In this document: piece by piece, positions 23,830-37,039 of the stretch | Numbering within the stretch: the stretch's first letter is position 1 | Layout of the letters: each line of letters starts with the position of its first letter | NCBI RefSeq assembly: GCF_018350175.1 | Contig: NC_058373.1 | Span: forward strand, 104,720,001 to 104,784,000 | From: Felis catus | Lineage: Eukaryota | Length of the DNA stretch: 64,000 nt | Direction: 5' to 3' | Translations under genes and position numbers: made by a program | The notes under the pieces: model-generated | What the model saw: only the letters and a program-made list of their open reading frames with translations | Database searches by the model: none | What the model was told of the DNA's origin: nothing

Positions 23830-24400
23830 CTTTTTCCATGCCACTACTCGAGGCCAGGTGACCCTCCTTTCAGCCTGGATTACCACACAACCTTCTAACT
23901 GGTTTGCCCAATTCTAATCCATTCTCCAAACCACAGTCAGTCTGCTTTCCCTAAAACAAGGCTCTGCTTCAAACACCTCAAAGGTTCAAACAGGACTCAG
24001 CATGAGTTCCACACCCGTCATCACTGAATAGACTTTGGCCTCCACGTCTCCAGCCTCAACTCCCGGACTGTTCCCCTCATCCCAGCTGCCTAAATGAACC
24101 TCGTTGAGATTGCTGAAAAAGTCATGCTCTCTCTCACCTCTGGATCTATAAATGTGCTGTTCCCTCCGTCTGGAAAGCTCTCACCCACAATGATTTGCCC
24201 CCTGCCTTTGTCTGGGGCTTCTCCTCCATGTCTCACACTAGAAGCTGCATCTTCCGGAAAGCTGTCTTTACCTGTCTCGCTCACTCACTGGACCAAAAGC
24301 TCTACGAGGGCAGCTGCTGACTCTGTCTTTGCTCACCATTGTATTTCCAATGTCTAGCACGGTGTCAGGTGCTGACTAGCTTAATTTGCATAATTAATTG
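23830..24400 (+). mobile_element. LINE-2 3' fragment
   Basis: cctggattaccacacaaccttctaactggt...caccattgtatttccaatgtctagcacggtg. Confidence 0.65.
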
Positions 24401-25579
24401 ATTAATTGATACTGATTATCACAGGCAATTCCTTGGAGCCAAATATTCTGTATTACTACTTAAAGGAAGACCCATTTACCTTCTTTAACAAGCAATAAGT
24501 TGAAGACTATTTTTGATGATGCCTGATGAACTTTAACAGCGAGCATGCCTACGTAAGGAACGTACAATCTCCACCATCTCCATCCAGGAAAGGTCAAAGT
24601 TTTCTTCAGAAAACAAGTCATAATTCATTCCTAAACAAGGATCTATGGGCAATTGATTCCCCAACGTCTTATGCCCTTATAATGTTATCATAAGTTTAGT
24701 GTGAGAAAAACATCAAAATGGTGTTGCCAAATCGTGCACTGCAAAAAGTTTTACAAGGTATTTGACATTGCACTTTCCAAGAAGGCATTAGTTTGAGGAT
24801 CTTATCTCACCACACAACAGTAGAAAAAACAGAAGGCTTAGATCCTGTCTCGACTTTGTCGCTAACTCCATGACCATGGGGGTCATGATCTGTCTCATTC
24901 CTTGACTGGAGCTGGACAACTGAATGCCCCACCCCGAGCCTGCCCGGCTTAATCAAGCTTAAGCCCTGGGAGTCCCCTAAGAGCTTCCCACTGAGCAAGG
25001 CAGGGTTCCCTTCTCCTACCTTCACATCTGCCTGAGGTTGTCAGCTTCCATCTGTTTTGTTTGTTGAGCTTTTGCATCATATTTCATTTGAATGAAATAT
25101 TCTACAGCTAATCAGAAATATGAAAACTCATGCATTGAATGATTTTCAAGTTTCTTTTCTACTCAAGTATCTACTCCACACCAGAGGTTATTCATTTATT
25201 CTGGAGATACCACTGCATCCGGTTTGAAATGGATACAAAGAAACCATGCCATTCACTGGAAAGACCGAAGATAGAACCTGAAAGAGGCTTCGGAGATCAT
25301 CTAGCATGTTTGATATTCTGCAAATGAGGCCACTGAGGTCCAGAGTTTCAGTGACATGTCCACTGGCACACAGTTGTGTGAACACAGAGCCAGGATCAGA
25401 ACCAAATCCTCCCAGGCTTCAGGACAGAGCTCCAAGTGACGGAGAGTGCTCCAGGCCCTCTTGAGATCAGGCTGGAGAAGTGATAAGTGAGGAGAGACCC
25501 TCTCCTTAGACCCCCACTGCTAACTGCTATGATCCAGCCCCCTCTCCCATCTCTCAGCCAGATTAACTCCCAGTCTCCT

Positions 25580-26145
25580 AACGTGGTTCCACACCTCTAG
25601 TGTTATCCCCTTCCAATCTGCCTTCCACACCATTTCGGATATTTCCAAAACACAAGTGTCATCACATCACTCTCCTAGTGAAATCACTGTATTAGGTTCT
25701 CCATCATGTACAAGGTTAAGATGAAGTTCTAGTTCATAAATGCCATGCCTTTCACATCAGACCACCCCCCCCCCCCTTACTCTCCAAACTTGGCTTTTCC
25801 CAAGATTTTCCTCCAACCCCGCACTTCAGCCAAGCTGACAAGATGTTCCTGGTTGTTTCTCACCTTGAGACTCGGCCCTTCCTTTGCCTGGAAGGCACAC
25901 ATCGCCCTGACCGCTCCTAACCCCTCAACCCCTCCCTGCGAGGAGAGTCTCTTGTACATTTCAACTCAGGCATGTCTTCCACTGGAATCTCTCATGGGAT
26001 CGAAACTTCTCTCCTTCTCTCAGGGCTCCTGTGGCACTCTGTTATAGGACTGTCTTCCCCATTGGCAATAAGTTCTAAGAAGCGTGCATCAGCCTGCATT
26101 CCTCTTTCTATGCCCACCACCAAACACTGTATCCAGCACAGAATA
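25580..26145 (+). mobile_element. LINE-2 3' fragment
   Basis: Pyrimidine-rich with L2 motifs (tcatcacatcactctcct, tcctttgcctggaag). Diverged. Confidence 0.55.
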
Positions 26146-26712
26146 AATGGGGGAAGGACGAAGGGAAGGAAGAAGGCCAATTGATCCTTTCAAATATCTC
26201 CTGGGCTTTGCAGTCCCCACAGTCTTCTCACTGGTAAACTGGGAATAAAAATCGAACTCACTTCCTAGAGTTGTTCCGAGGCCGGAATGGGATGGTGCAC
26301 TTAAATCACGCAGGGCGGTATCTGTACATGGTGAGAACACAATAAATGTGGAGCATCATTACCGTGTGAAAAGAGAGATGGCGCATGAGAGGAACAAGGA
26401 CTGAAGGATCCTGCTCGTTTTAAGGCGCGCACCCTGGTGGTCCCAGCTGTGTCAAGACGGAACGTGCGGCCTCAGGAGACAGTACAGTCTCCAGCCAGGA
26501 GAATTCCCAGCCTGGCCCCGAGAATTACCTGGCAATGTTTTTCCTAGGGATTCATACTTCAAATGCGCAGATAGGCAGTTATTCCCAGGTTGAAGTTAGT
26601 ATTTCTTTCTATCTGGAGATATCTTGATGCCAGACTATTCCACTGTATTTTAAAATCTAGATATTGACATCTAGCCTTTCTTTTTTAACCTAAGAATTGT
26701 ATTTGGTTATCT

Positions 26713-27140
26713 TGTTGGGAGAGGTCATGGAGAGGACGTGACTGCCAGTTGACCTGTGAGCTGGACCCTGGCAATCAGAGGCTCCGCAGCCCTTCCCCTG
26801 CCCTTGGGATGTGGCTCCGTCTGCCTTCCCCGCTTCAGAAGCTGCTCCAAAGGCATAGACTTGAGACAGTGATGTGGTGTTGAGATCGTCTGGAAGTATA
26901 CATGACCAAACCCAGTTAAGGCCTCTAGATAAACTTTTAACATTTGGCAGACGGATGTGGAGATCTATTCATCTTGCAGCCGCCTGAGACAAGCCTTCTA
27001 AGTAAATTCCTTTGCTTTTTAAAACCCACCACCTACCAATCTGGAGTGTTCTGCCTTTTCTTCAGTCTCTCCCTGCCCTCCAGGTAGGGGAGGGGAGTAG
27101 TTCAGATGACAGGAAGCTCCAGAGGGGATTTGAACCAATA
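26713..27140 (+). mobile_element. Solo LTR, probably ERVL class
   Basis: Starts TGTTGG and ends CCAATA (decayed CCAACA, terminal inverted repeat). Flanks tatct/tgtct fit a 5-bp TSD with one mismatch. 428 bp. Confidence 0.65.
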
Positions 27141-28336
27141 TGTCTGTGATATTTACAAGCTCCAGTTAGTTTCAAAGTTGAAAATCACAAATACAAGGAG
27201 AAAACAACCTGCAACCAACAAGTCGGGTGATACAGCTCATAATAGCGGTGGATAAAAGTAACTTCCAAATGATAACCATAGGTTCCTTTACTCTTTAAGC
27301 TGCTTTTCCAAGTATTCCAAATTTGTTTTTGTTTTCGTTTTTAGTTAATGTATTTTTTTTTAATGTACATTCAAGTTAGTTAGCATATACCGCTATGGCA
27401 CTTCCTTAGCATTCTGATAATATTGACAAATGCTGCATCCTTTTATATCAAAGCTCTGACAGTAAATCTTTTAGGCACTTCTCATTTTCAGGAATCCAAT
27501 TAAATAAAGCCAAAGGTAATTGGAGCATCTGTTCTTCCTCAACAGATTTTGGCTTTTAATCATGTATGAAATCACCTTTAACTACAGCCCTAAATCAACC
27601 AGTAGAGTATGTTTAGTGATGGGATTAAATGTTTAAAAATGTAATCCCACTCCCTCTGGTGGTGTAGTCTCCAAACATCCGCTGGGTTCACAATTTCGTT
27701 AAAATGTTCAAAACAGATTGGGAGTTCTTTTCTATCCTGTCTCCTTTTCACCCAAGAGATGCTGACACTAAACCATGCCTCCATAGGGGATATTTTAGTG
27801 CTACAAGTTTCCTAAAAATTCAGGACAAAGAAGCAGCCATTCTTTTCATACTCCCAAATGTCTTACATAATACCAATATACACAGAAAGAACTTCTCTGA
27901 AACAGGTCTAAGCATCCGTTGTTTACCTTTGCAAGTAGAAATTCAGTTCTCAAAGTTTTAAGATTTTATACAAGGTAGTTTTGTTGTTATGACTAGTATA
28001 AAACAAGAAATAATTACTGTGTCATATGCCACTGACTCCCCAGGTTTATGAAAACAATTATTAAATGATCCATCAAGTTACAGTAAAACATAGGAGGTGT
28101 TCTCCATGTTGGAAAACTGTCCCCCCTCTACGCTTTGGTAAGGACATCATAAACAGTAGGAATGCCAAAGATGTTCCAAAGAGTACAATTGCACATAACA
28201 ACATGTTTCCTCAAAAAGAGATCATTAGATACGCACATCGCGTTTTATTACTTTACAACGTTTCTTTTCCATCAGAAGACAGTTCATTTCTACAACATAT
28301 ACAGGCACAGTGGCCTAAGCAGAGAAGTAGAGTCCC

Positions 28337-28765
28337 TGAAAGGGCGGGCCTATGCTAGCCAACTCTATCTTGTTCTGTGTCCTCCACCTTGAGTGACTAT
28401 GTCCCCGACATGACCCCTTTTCCGGGAAAATCGAAGAAACCTAGACCACGCCTCCTCCCCTTGAGTAACCTCCCGCTCACCCGTTCAAACTTCCTGATCA
28501 AAACACGCCCAGCGACCTGCGTAACAGGACTCCGACCCTTCCCCAGCCAATCGGCTGAGGCCACAGCCATTACCTCACCAACTGCCCCTAGACCCCTATA
28601 AAACCTTTGTGCTTTTGAAACTTGCTCTCTCTCCCTGGTAACTCACCGCTGTGTTGGTGCAGGTAGGGGATTGAGCTCGAGCTAGCTCGAATAAAGGCTC
28701 TTTTGCTTTTGCATCGGACTCGGTTCCCTAGTGGTCTTTGGGGATCACGAATTCTGGGCATAACA
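28337..28765 (+). mobile_element. Young CpG-rich solo LTR (ERV1/gammaretrovirus-like)
   Basis: TG...CA termini (TGAAAG...CATAACA). CCAAT 28547-28551, TATAAAA 28597-28603 and AATAAA 28690-28695 are in LTR order. Flanks tccc/tctc. The 5' boundary is less certain than the 3'. Confidence 0.85.
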
Positions 28766-28970
28766 TCTCCTGCTCCCAAACACACCTTATAATCCCTTTT
28801 GGTTTGTATGTAAGTGAATATTGTGCAGTGAAGCACAGATTCTGGACCCATCCTGCCCAGCTCAGTTTATCACTAGCTACGCCACCATAAGCAAGTTAGC
28901 TGAGCCACACCATACTTGTCATACAGGCAATGCATTACAGGTAATGCAGGTAATAAAAGCTGTTCTGAGG

Positions 28971-29207
28971 GGGGCACCTGGGTGGCTCAGTCAGTTAAGC
29001 ATCTGACATTGGCTCAGGTCATGATCTCAGGGTTCATGGGTTTGAGCCCCACCTTAGGCTCTATGCTGACTGCTCAGAGCCTGGAACCTGCTTCAATTTC
29101 TGTGTGTGTGTGTGTGTGGGTGTGTGTGTGTGTGTGTGTGTCTGCCCCTCCCCCACTTGTGTTCTGTCTCTCTCTCTGTCAAAAATAAACATTAAAAAAA
29201 ATTTTTT
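28971..29207 (+). mobile_element. SINEC with internal (TG)n
   Basis: TSD aagctgttctgagg on both sides. (TG)n at 29101-29140. Confidence 0.93.
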
Positions 29208-30014
29208 AAGCTGTTCTGAGGTATGAATAAGTTTGCAAATGCTTCAAACAGTGCTGGCACAAAATAAGTACCATACAAGTGTTCGCTAATGTTGTTGTTC
29301 GAGTAACAGAACTATAAGCATGGAAGGGTCAGCTTAGTTAAACTGGACTTCTCTTCCAGTTGTTCAAATAAAACACTTTTGTCCAGCCTTAGGATCCTTG
29401 TACATGTTTTTCCCTTTTCCCTACACTTCTAACACTGTAGCAATGACACACACGTGGACCTATTTAAATGCAGATGATTTAAAAGTAAATGAAATTTACA
29501 AGTCAGTGCATCGGTGGCACTGGCCACCTTTAAAGCCATCAATTGCCGTAAGTAGCCAGTGGCTCCTGGGTTGCACAGAACTGACATAGGACCCTTCCAG
29601 CCTCTCAAAAAGTTCTGCACAGCGCTGATCTAGACTCTTTTTCCTTCCGCTGTTTATCCCCTTCTGCTACTCAGCCTTCATTTTGCTGCTTAAACATTAC
29701 TTCCTCAATTAATCCCTGCCTGAGTCTAAGGTCCCTTTATATCCTCCCATAGCATTCTGGATTTTTCCTTTAGAATACTCCTCCTAGTTATAAACATTTT
29801 TAATAAATTATTTTCCCACTAGGCCGTAAGGAGTTTGAAAAAAGGGATTACGTGGGCACATAGTAGCACCCAAGTTGCTGACTAAGGAACTATGAAAGGA
29901 AATTTATAAAATTCCTTAAAATGTTAATAGCTCCTTACAGTGTGCCAGGCAGTATTCTAAACACCTTAAAAACCTTAATTCATGAGATTCTAACAATGTC
30001 ATGAGGTAGGGGCT

Positions 30015-30270
30015 TGTGATAATTATGCATTGCTGCAAAACAAAATACCACAAAAGTAATGGCTTAAAACAACACGAGTTTATTATCTCACAGTTTTGTG
30101 GCCAGGGGTCTGGACGTTGCCCAGTCCTAGTCCTCTGCTCAGGGTCTCTCAGGCTGCCATCAAGTGGCGACTAGGCTGTGTTCTCACACAGAGGCTCAGT
30201 TTGGGAAGTCTGTTTCCAAGTTCACTCAGAGTGTTGGCAGAATTTATTTCCAGAATCAGTTAGACTGGGT
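30015..30270 (-). mobile_element. MaLR LTR fragment (MLT1C/D-like)
   Basis: ggcttaaaacaacacgagtttattatctcacagttttgtggcc...gttggcagaatttatttcc. Confidence 0.75.
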
Positions 30271-30315
30271 AACATTCTAAATAAGGCCTATCTCTGCCAT
30301 GAGCTTAAGTAGGGA

Positions 30316-30514
30316 TTTTGAGAGAGAGAGAGAGGGAGAGACAGAGTGCGAGCAGGGGAGGGGCAGAGAGAGAGGGAGACACAGAATCCGAAGCAGGTCT
30401 CAGGACCTGAGCTGTCATCACAGAGCCTGATGTGGGGCTCGAACCCACCAACCATGAGATCATGACTTGAGCTAAAGTCCGACGCTTAACTGGCTGAGCC
30501 ACCCAGGTGCCCCC
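30316..30514 (-). mobile_element. SINEC, 3' tail missing
   Basis: Reverse SINE body. No tail or TSD visible. Confidence 0.9.
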
Positions 30515-31397
30515 AGTTTTCCATTTTTAACGTTACCCTGTTCCATGCTGTGCTATACTAGTCTGTACACACAGCAGCCTTTGGTTAGGGGTTCTGAGTA
30601 ATTTAGGGATAAAGCAGTAAAGGAAATTATAATTTCCCTGTGGACCAGCACTGCAGGTTTACATGGAAGGAGGCCCTACACCTGTCATTTTGAGCAGGAA
30701 CCAGGCAGCACTGAGAAAGGTGGTTAAGGGCCAGGTAGCAACCCAGTGGAATTGACAAACTTTTTCACTGAGTACAATAGAGGAAGGTGATGACCCTTGA
30801 AAGGAGGGAGCTAGACTAGTGGGCTATGTTCAAGCTTTCTAGGTCCAGGATGTTTTCCCCACACCTTATATGATAGCATCATGCCAGGTCAATTGTTCTA
30901 CAGGGAATACGGACTGTGCCCTGCAGCTGTGCCACCGAACCTGATAAGCAGAGTGCTATTACATCACCTCGGGAATTGTGCCGTTTGCTAAAACTGAAAG
31001 CTGAAAAATGGAACCCCTCTTTGCCCTCTGAATGGGCAGCCCCTCTGTGAGTGACAAACATGGCTTTCACAGGTGTCACTTTGAAGGATGAGCAACCCAT
31101 CTTCTCCATGAGGAGTTACACAGTGATCAGAAAGCTGCAAGCTTCGGTCCCTTTTCTCTCTCGCTGCCAAGGGAATCGCTGCTTATAGAGCCCCGGCAAC
31201 AAAATCCATCCAGGGAAGTGTCAGAGGCAAGGTAAGGATTAGAAGAGCTACTGTCAGCCTGTGCACAGCCTCAGCTGGGCAGGATTCTCAAGAGGGAACC
31301 TCAACACATCACCTTCACCTTCTCTAGGATGACACAAAGTCATAGCTAACTATGCAAAGTTTGTAATTGACTGCTTTGTGGATGTCAGCTGACAGTC

Positions 31398-31416
31398 TCA
31401 CACACACACACACACA

Positions 31417-31457
<41 letters not shown>
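31398..31457. repeat. Long (CA)n microsatellite with one interruption
   Basis: About 29 units with a single TA interruption. Confidence 0.95.
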
Positions 31458-31459
<2 letters not shown>

Positions 31460-31607
31460 ATCTGCTCAAGGTAATTTTCCTGCAGTAAACCATGGTAAAC
31501 ATCTTCTCGTGGCCAATGCAGTTGCCAACGGTGCAGATTCCTTGACCCAAGAGACACTATAGATAGCCTCTGGCATCTCAGTTAAACTATCTGAAAAGTC
31601 CTCCATG

Positions 31608-31817
31608 GGAGGCGCCTGGGTGGCTCAGTGGATTAAGTGACCGACTCTTGGTTTCAGCTCAGCTCATGATCCATGGTTCATGGGTTTGAGCCCTGCATCA
31701 GGCTCATGCTGACAGCACAGAGCCTGCTTGGGATTCTCTCTGTCTCCCTCTCTCTCTGCCCATCCCCTTCTTATGCTCTCCCTATCTCTCAAAAAATAAA
31801 TAAATATAAACTTTTTT
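31608..31817 (+). mobile_element. Older SINEC
   Basis: SINE body flanked by tcctccatgg on both sides. Confidence 0.9.
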
Positions 31818-33519
31818 GAAACTCCTCCATGGAATTCTTAATTGTAGAAGACCCACTCTGCAGCCCCTTGCAGGGTGGAAACAGAGCTGTAAAAGACAGA
31901 CTTGAATCAGAAAGACTAGCTTCATCATTTACTATTCGAGAGAGCTGTGAGTTCCTTTGCAAAAGGTAATGATAATATGCTCCACCTCACACATTTGCTT
32001 TAAGAATTAAATGAAATAATGCACACGAAATACTTAGCACAATGCTTGATGCCTAGTAAATGCTCAGTGAATACTAGGTGTCATTATCACACTATTGTCT
32101 TTATCGCTCTCATCACTTTAAGTGATATGATCAGAGGGGAGACCTTGGGAGAACAGAGAGCCACGATAGAGAAGTTAGACCATATGTACTTCGTTCCAAA
32201 CTGAAAAACAAAAAAAAAAAAATAAGAAAGTCACTTCATTCTGGTTTGGAACTTATTTTACTTTATCAGATACTATATAATGCTTACTATGTGCCTGTTA
32301 CTTCTCTAAACATAGAACTTACTGAATCAAATTTCATTTAATTTTGAAGTATTACTAATTTGACAACATCGGATTATAGCATGTTGAAAAAAATCATTGT
32401 AAAGCCAAATATAGATAATTTGAGGAATGCATATGTTTTTCTTTCATGCATTCCAAGAATACTAACTGAATATATGCCAAAAGCTGGCTCTGGTACTAGT
32501 CACTGGGCTGATAATGTCAAACGAGACAGATAAATCGCCTGCCTGAAATTTACATTCTGTTGAGATGGTTGAAATAACCAATCACCCCCCGTTTTTTCTG
32601 CATGAAGTTTCAATCTAGACCAAATGTAACATAGTTCAACCATTTATTCAGCAGCCAGACTTGGATCTGCCCTAGATAAACTATTTGGCTTCCCCAGGCA
32701 ATTCGTCAGTACTCCCAGAAACTATGGTCAACATGGGTAACCGGGCAACATTGCCCGGTGCTGCAGCAATGAGTCAGGTTCGGCTGCCAGCACAGGTGTC
32801 AGGATCAGCAATGGCAGGTGACCAGGAAGCGTGAGCTGTCTCAGCTGACTCTAAGTGGAGAGGACAGCAGAGACACCTGAAGTGCTCCCTGCAGCAAAGC
32901 TTCAAGCCATGTGATCCAGCTGACCAGGGCCACAGTAACTGGGGAAGCTGGCCTCGAGCGATCTCTGCCGGGTGATTCGTGTTCGGCAGATGCACGGGTC
33001 ATGCAGAGAGGCTCAGGGCAGAATAGCTCGTGGGGAGGGAGGCTCTATAGTCACTTCAAGTCACAGGATGCCTTCGTGTTTATGTGGTATGGAAGGGCTT
33101 TCTGGCCAGAAGAGCATCTCTTGAGCTGTGCTCACCATAGGACAAATACAAAGGACATCAGAATATAAACACATGAATATATTTGTGCACCCATTATAAT
33201 TACCTTAGTACAAATCATGTCATACATTTAGAAATGTCTTATTAAAAGAAATGCCTTTGTTATAAGGAAAATAGCCTACTGTGTTGCCATCAATACTATT
33301 CTTAGTCTGCTATTGCTGGTTCTCGATTAATTGGCTTCCTCGTTCATTTATTCATTCATTCATTTAACAAATGTTCCTTGAACCACTCTCTACCTGTGCA
33401 GGGTCCTGAAAATACAGTGCCAAGCAAAACAGACCCAAGTTTTGCCTTTGTAAGTTTACAGTCAAGTGGGCTAGGTGATCATTGAGATTACTGTTCAGCA
33501 AACATACACTCTCACAGTT

Positions 33520-33952
33520 TGAGAAGCAGATGTTATTTCTCCCACGGCGGGTGCGTACCTCCCCCTGCCCCCATTGACATTGGACCTGGGTATGTGACTT
33601 GCTTTACCCCAAAGAATGTTAGCAGACAAGACAAGAATGGAGGCCTTCAATGTGTTTGCTTCTTGCACTCCTGCCCTTCGTCATAAGAACTTAGTGTAGC
33701 CACTAGTCCAAGGAGGAGGAGAGGACATGTGGAGCAGAGATGAACCCACTCACACCCAGGAGACAAGCCCCGGTGACCCGGGTGGCACAAAGGTGCCCAG
33801 CGAACACCAGTCTAGAGCAGTGGATAGAATCAGCTGAACTGCGGTAGATCTGGAGACCCATTAGCATGAGAGTAAATGCTTGTTTTTGTAAGGTTCTGAG
33901 TTTGGAGATGGTTTGCTTCACAGTGTAATTGTGGCAATAACTCTCTGATACA
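33520..33952 (+). mobile_element. MaLR LTR (MLT1H/I-like)
   Basis: tatgtgacttgcttt internal motif and typical 3' end gtaaatgcttgtttttgtaagg...attgtggcaataactctctgataca. Confidence 0.75.
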
Positions 33953-34788
33953 GAGCCAAACAAAGGAAGAAAATTTCCAACATTTTGAAAGTTTGATTAT
34001 AATGTGCTGCTTATTTTCTATGAACAAAAAACTATCTCCCCACAGAGGCATTTTGGAAACATCAAGTTCCTTATCCTGTCTCTGTGGTTGTAACCCCCTC
34101 TCCCTGTGCCACATCTGCATAGCGGCTTCATTTATCAATGTCCCTTCTTCTGCATATGAATAAAGGGAGACTAGGTCTCCCTGAAAAACCTATGCACAAG
34201 GTGTTTTTTCTAATGCACTCACCATTGTATGCCTAGTTTTGTGGATTCATATTTTAAGCAAGCTGTGAGCAAATTGGAGAAAATTTAGAAAAGAATGACA
34301 AAGGTTATCAAAGTTCTTGTAAATAAGGCATGAAGCCAGGGGAAAGCACAGCACCACGCTCATAATAGAGACTTTGTAAATATTGTTGATTGATGTTAGA
34401 GGAGAAAAATTGGAGGAGAAAGATAACAGGTTTCCCAAAAATATGAATGTAAAATATATTGACAAACTCTTTCTTCTTCTGCACTCAGGAGCAAACAAAA
34501 TTAAGCAAGCTCTTTATACCAGGATAGTTTTAGGTTGGATGCAGGAGAAAAGTCCATCAATTGAAACATATTTCTAGGGGAAGCTGGACATCTCCTCATA
34601 AACTCATTTAACATGAGCAGAAGGAGCAAGGGATTCGGGGCTGATCAGAGTCAGAGGAACGTATCACACTGCTGTTTTCCCAGTATTTTCTAGGTTGTGA
34701 ATCTCTTCAATGCAGTGAAGACCTCACAGACCATATCCCCCGATGATCTCCCCATAAGCATCAAAACAGTTTTTAAAGAAACTCCCTG

Positions 34789-35003
34789 GGGGCGCCTGGG
34801 CGACTCAGTCGGTTAAGCGTCCGACTTCAGCTCAGGTCACGATCTCGCGGTCCGTGAGTTTGAGCCCCGCATCGGGCTCTGGGCTGATGGCTCAGAGCCT
34901 GGAGCCTGCTTCCGATTCTGTGTCTCCCTCACTCTCTGCCCCTCGCCCACTCATGCTCTGTCTCTCTCTGCCTCAAAAATAAATAAACTTAAAAAAAAAA
35001 AAA
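34789..35003 (+). mobile_element. SINEC_Fc
   Basis: TSD aaagaaactccctgg / aaagaaactcactgg. Confidence 0.95.
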
Positions 35004-36629
35004 AAAGAAACTCACTGGATCTATGGGAAAACTGGTTTCCATTGAGATGCCCACTAAGGTGATATCTTTTAAAAATAGATATTCATTCATCCCTTCAGCA
35101 AAATTTCATTAGGCTTCTACCATGTGCCTTGCCTTGTTTTTTGCAGTTTTAATACTGCTGTAAACTAGACAGATTGCCTTCCCTCGTGGAGCTTACCTTG
35201 TATCGCAAGGGTGGCAACTTCGCATAGAAATAATATCAATAGAGTGGATTGACTGCTTAAGACTCTTTCTGGTTTCATAGTTCTTAGATAATTGTAGAGA
35301 AGGTCTATGAATTTATTATTTCTTATATATATTACAGTAGAGACAAAGAACTTTCAGAGCTTTTAAAAAACAAGAATATGATGATGGGGATCATTTTCCC
35401 CAAATCCTTGTGTGTGTTCATTATTCATGACATTCTAAAATTTTAAGATAAAGTTAGTTTGGGGGTGTTTCTCCTGTCCTTGTCTAAGTGCATTTTCCTT
35501 TATCTCTTCACTTCTAATCAATGAAGAAAGAGATCAGGAAAATGTGGCCTGAACAGCGCCTTATAATTCCACAACGCCATATTATAGGGAGGATCTGAGA
35601 TTATGCATGGATGCTGGGCCTCCCGTTTTGTGAAGAACTGTATTTAGACACATTAGTCAGATGACTAATTGGTCTCATGAAAAGAAAAACTTCCTCCCAT
35701 CTTTTCCACACTGTCTCCCAGAGGACCCCATGAGGAGTGGCCTCTGGCTGCCCAGCTGGGGTCAGCTTGCAGAGGGTGTGGCTGCCTCTGTCAAGTCCAT
35801 TAACACATTACAGGCAGCTAAAAGGTGTGCTGAAAATAATTCCACTCTTCGATCCATGGCTCCCAGAACAACTTGGCAGGGGAGAAACCTTCCTGGCAGA
35901 TGTTACAGACACAATTCATTTGAAGTTTCAAAGCCGATTATGGGTATCAATACCCAATACTCTGCCTCAAGTGAGGGATTAAGCATGGATCACAATGTTT
36001 CACTTTGCATCTGCGTCTCACAATGATTTGCATTAGAACCTTGGTATTAGAGGTCGTACCCAGGATTGGTACTTTTTGCAAATCATGAAAGCAGTCATAT
36101 TTATCAGTGAATAGTGTATAGAGCCCAGTAACGGTACGTCACCTTCCTTTGCCCACAAACAACAAAAGTTCTCCTTGCACACCTACTCCTTTACAGTTCC
36201 AGCAGCCTGCAAACCTGTGGGACAACCTGGCTTTTTAAAATTTGACTTGTTAAAAAAAAAATCTATGAATAGTTTTTATTGTAAGTTGCATTTAGTTTAT
36301 ATCACTCTGTTTCTTGCTTAAAAGAAAGAAAAACACCCAAAGGATAGAATTGGACTTTTCTGAAGATAGGGGGGAAAAGTAGTCAGGGCTTTAAATGCTT
36401 TTTATCAGTTAGGAATTCCAATTTAGCTCTCTGCCACCTGCTTATGCAAGCTTCCTAAAAGCTGTCTAGAACTTTCTAGAAGTTTCAGGAAGTTCTGTGG
36501 AAGGACTTGTACTGAAGTCACCTTTGCAAGATACAGAAGCAACAAATTCTCTTCTAGTGCCCCCTTTTGGGCAGCCCTCACTGTCTTCATAAAGCTATGG
36601 GTCCACACATTCATCTATAGAAAAACAAC

Positions 36630-36840
36630 ATACACTGAGCACATATTGTGTGTCAGTTGTTACACCCATTATCTCATTTTAACTTAACAACTATTCTTTG
36701 AGGCAGATTTAACTTCCCTTTTTCAGATTGTGAAACTGAGGCTTAGAGGCTAAAAATATTCTCCAATCACATAATTAGTAAGTGAAAAAGGTTGGATTCA
36801 ACCCCATGTCCTCTATCATTACACCACACTGCCTCCTACT
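36630..36840 (-). mobile_element. MIR
   Basis: cagattgtgaaactgaggcttagagg is the reverse MIR core. Confidence 0.7.
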
Positions 36841-37039
36841 CCCAAGAAGGCATTCATCTTATTTCAGAAGCTTCATCCCTTTAGTGAAGGTAGTCAAGAT
36901 AACTTGTGAGCAACTCAGTTCAGGCTCTTTATGTCCAAATGCCTAATTCATAATCCATGTCCATTTTCCATCAGTTATGAGAGACCTCCACTCTTGGTAG
37001 CTTTTTTCCTTCAAAAAGGATGAGTCTATGCTGTTCTTA

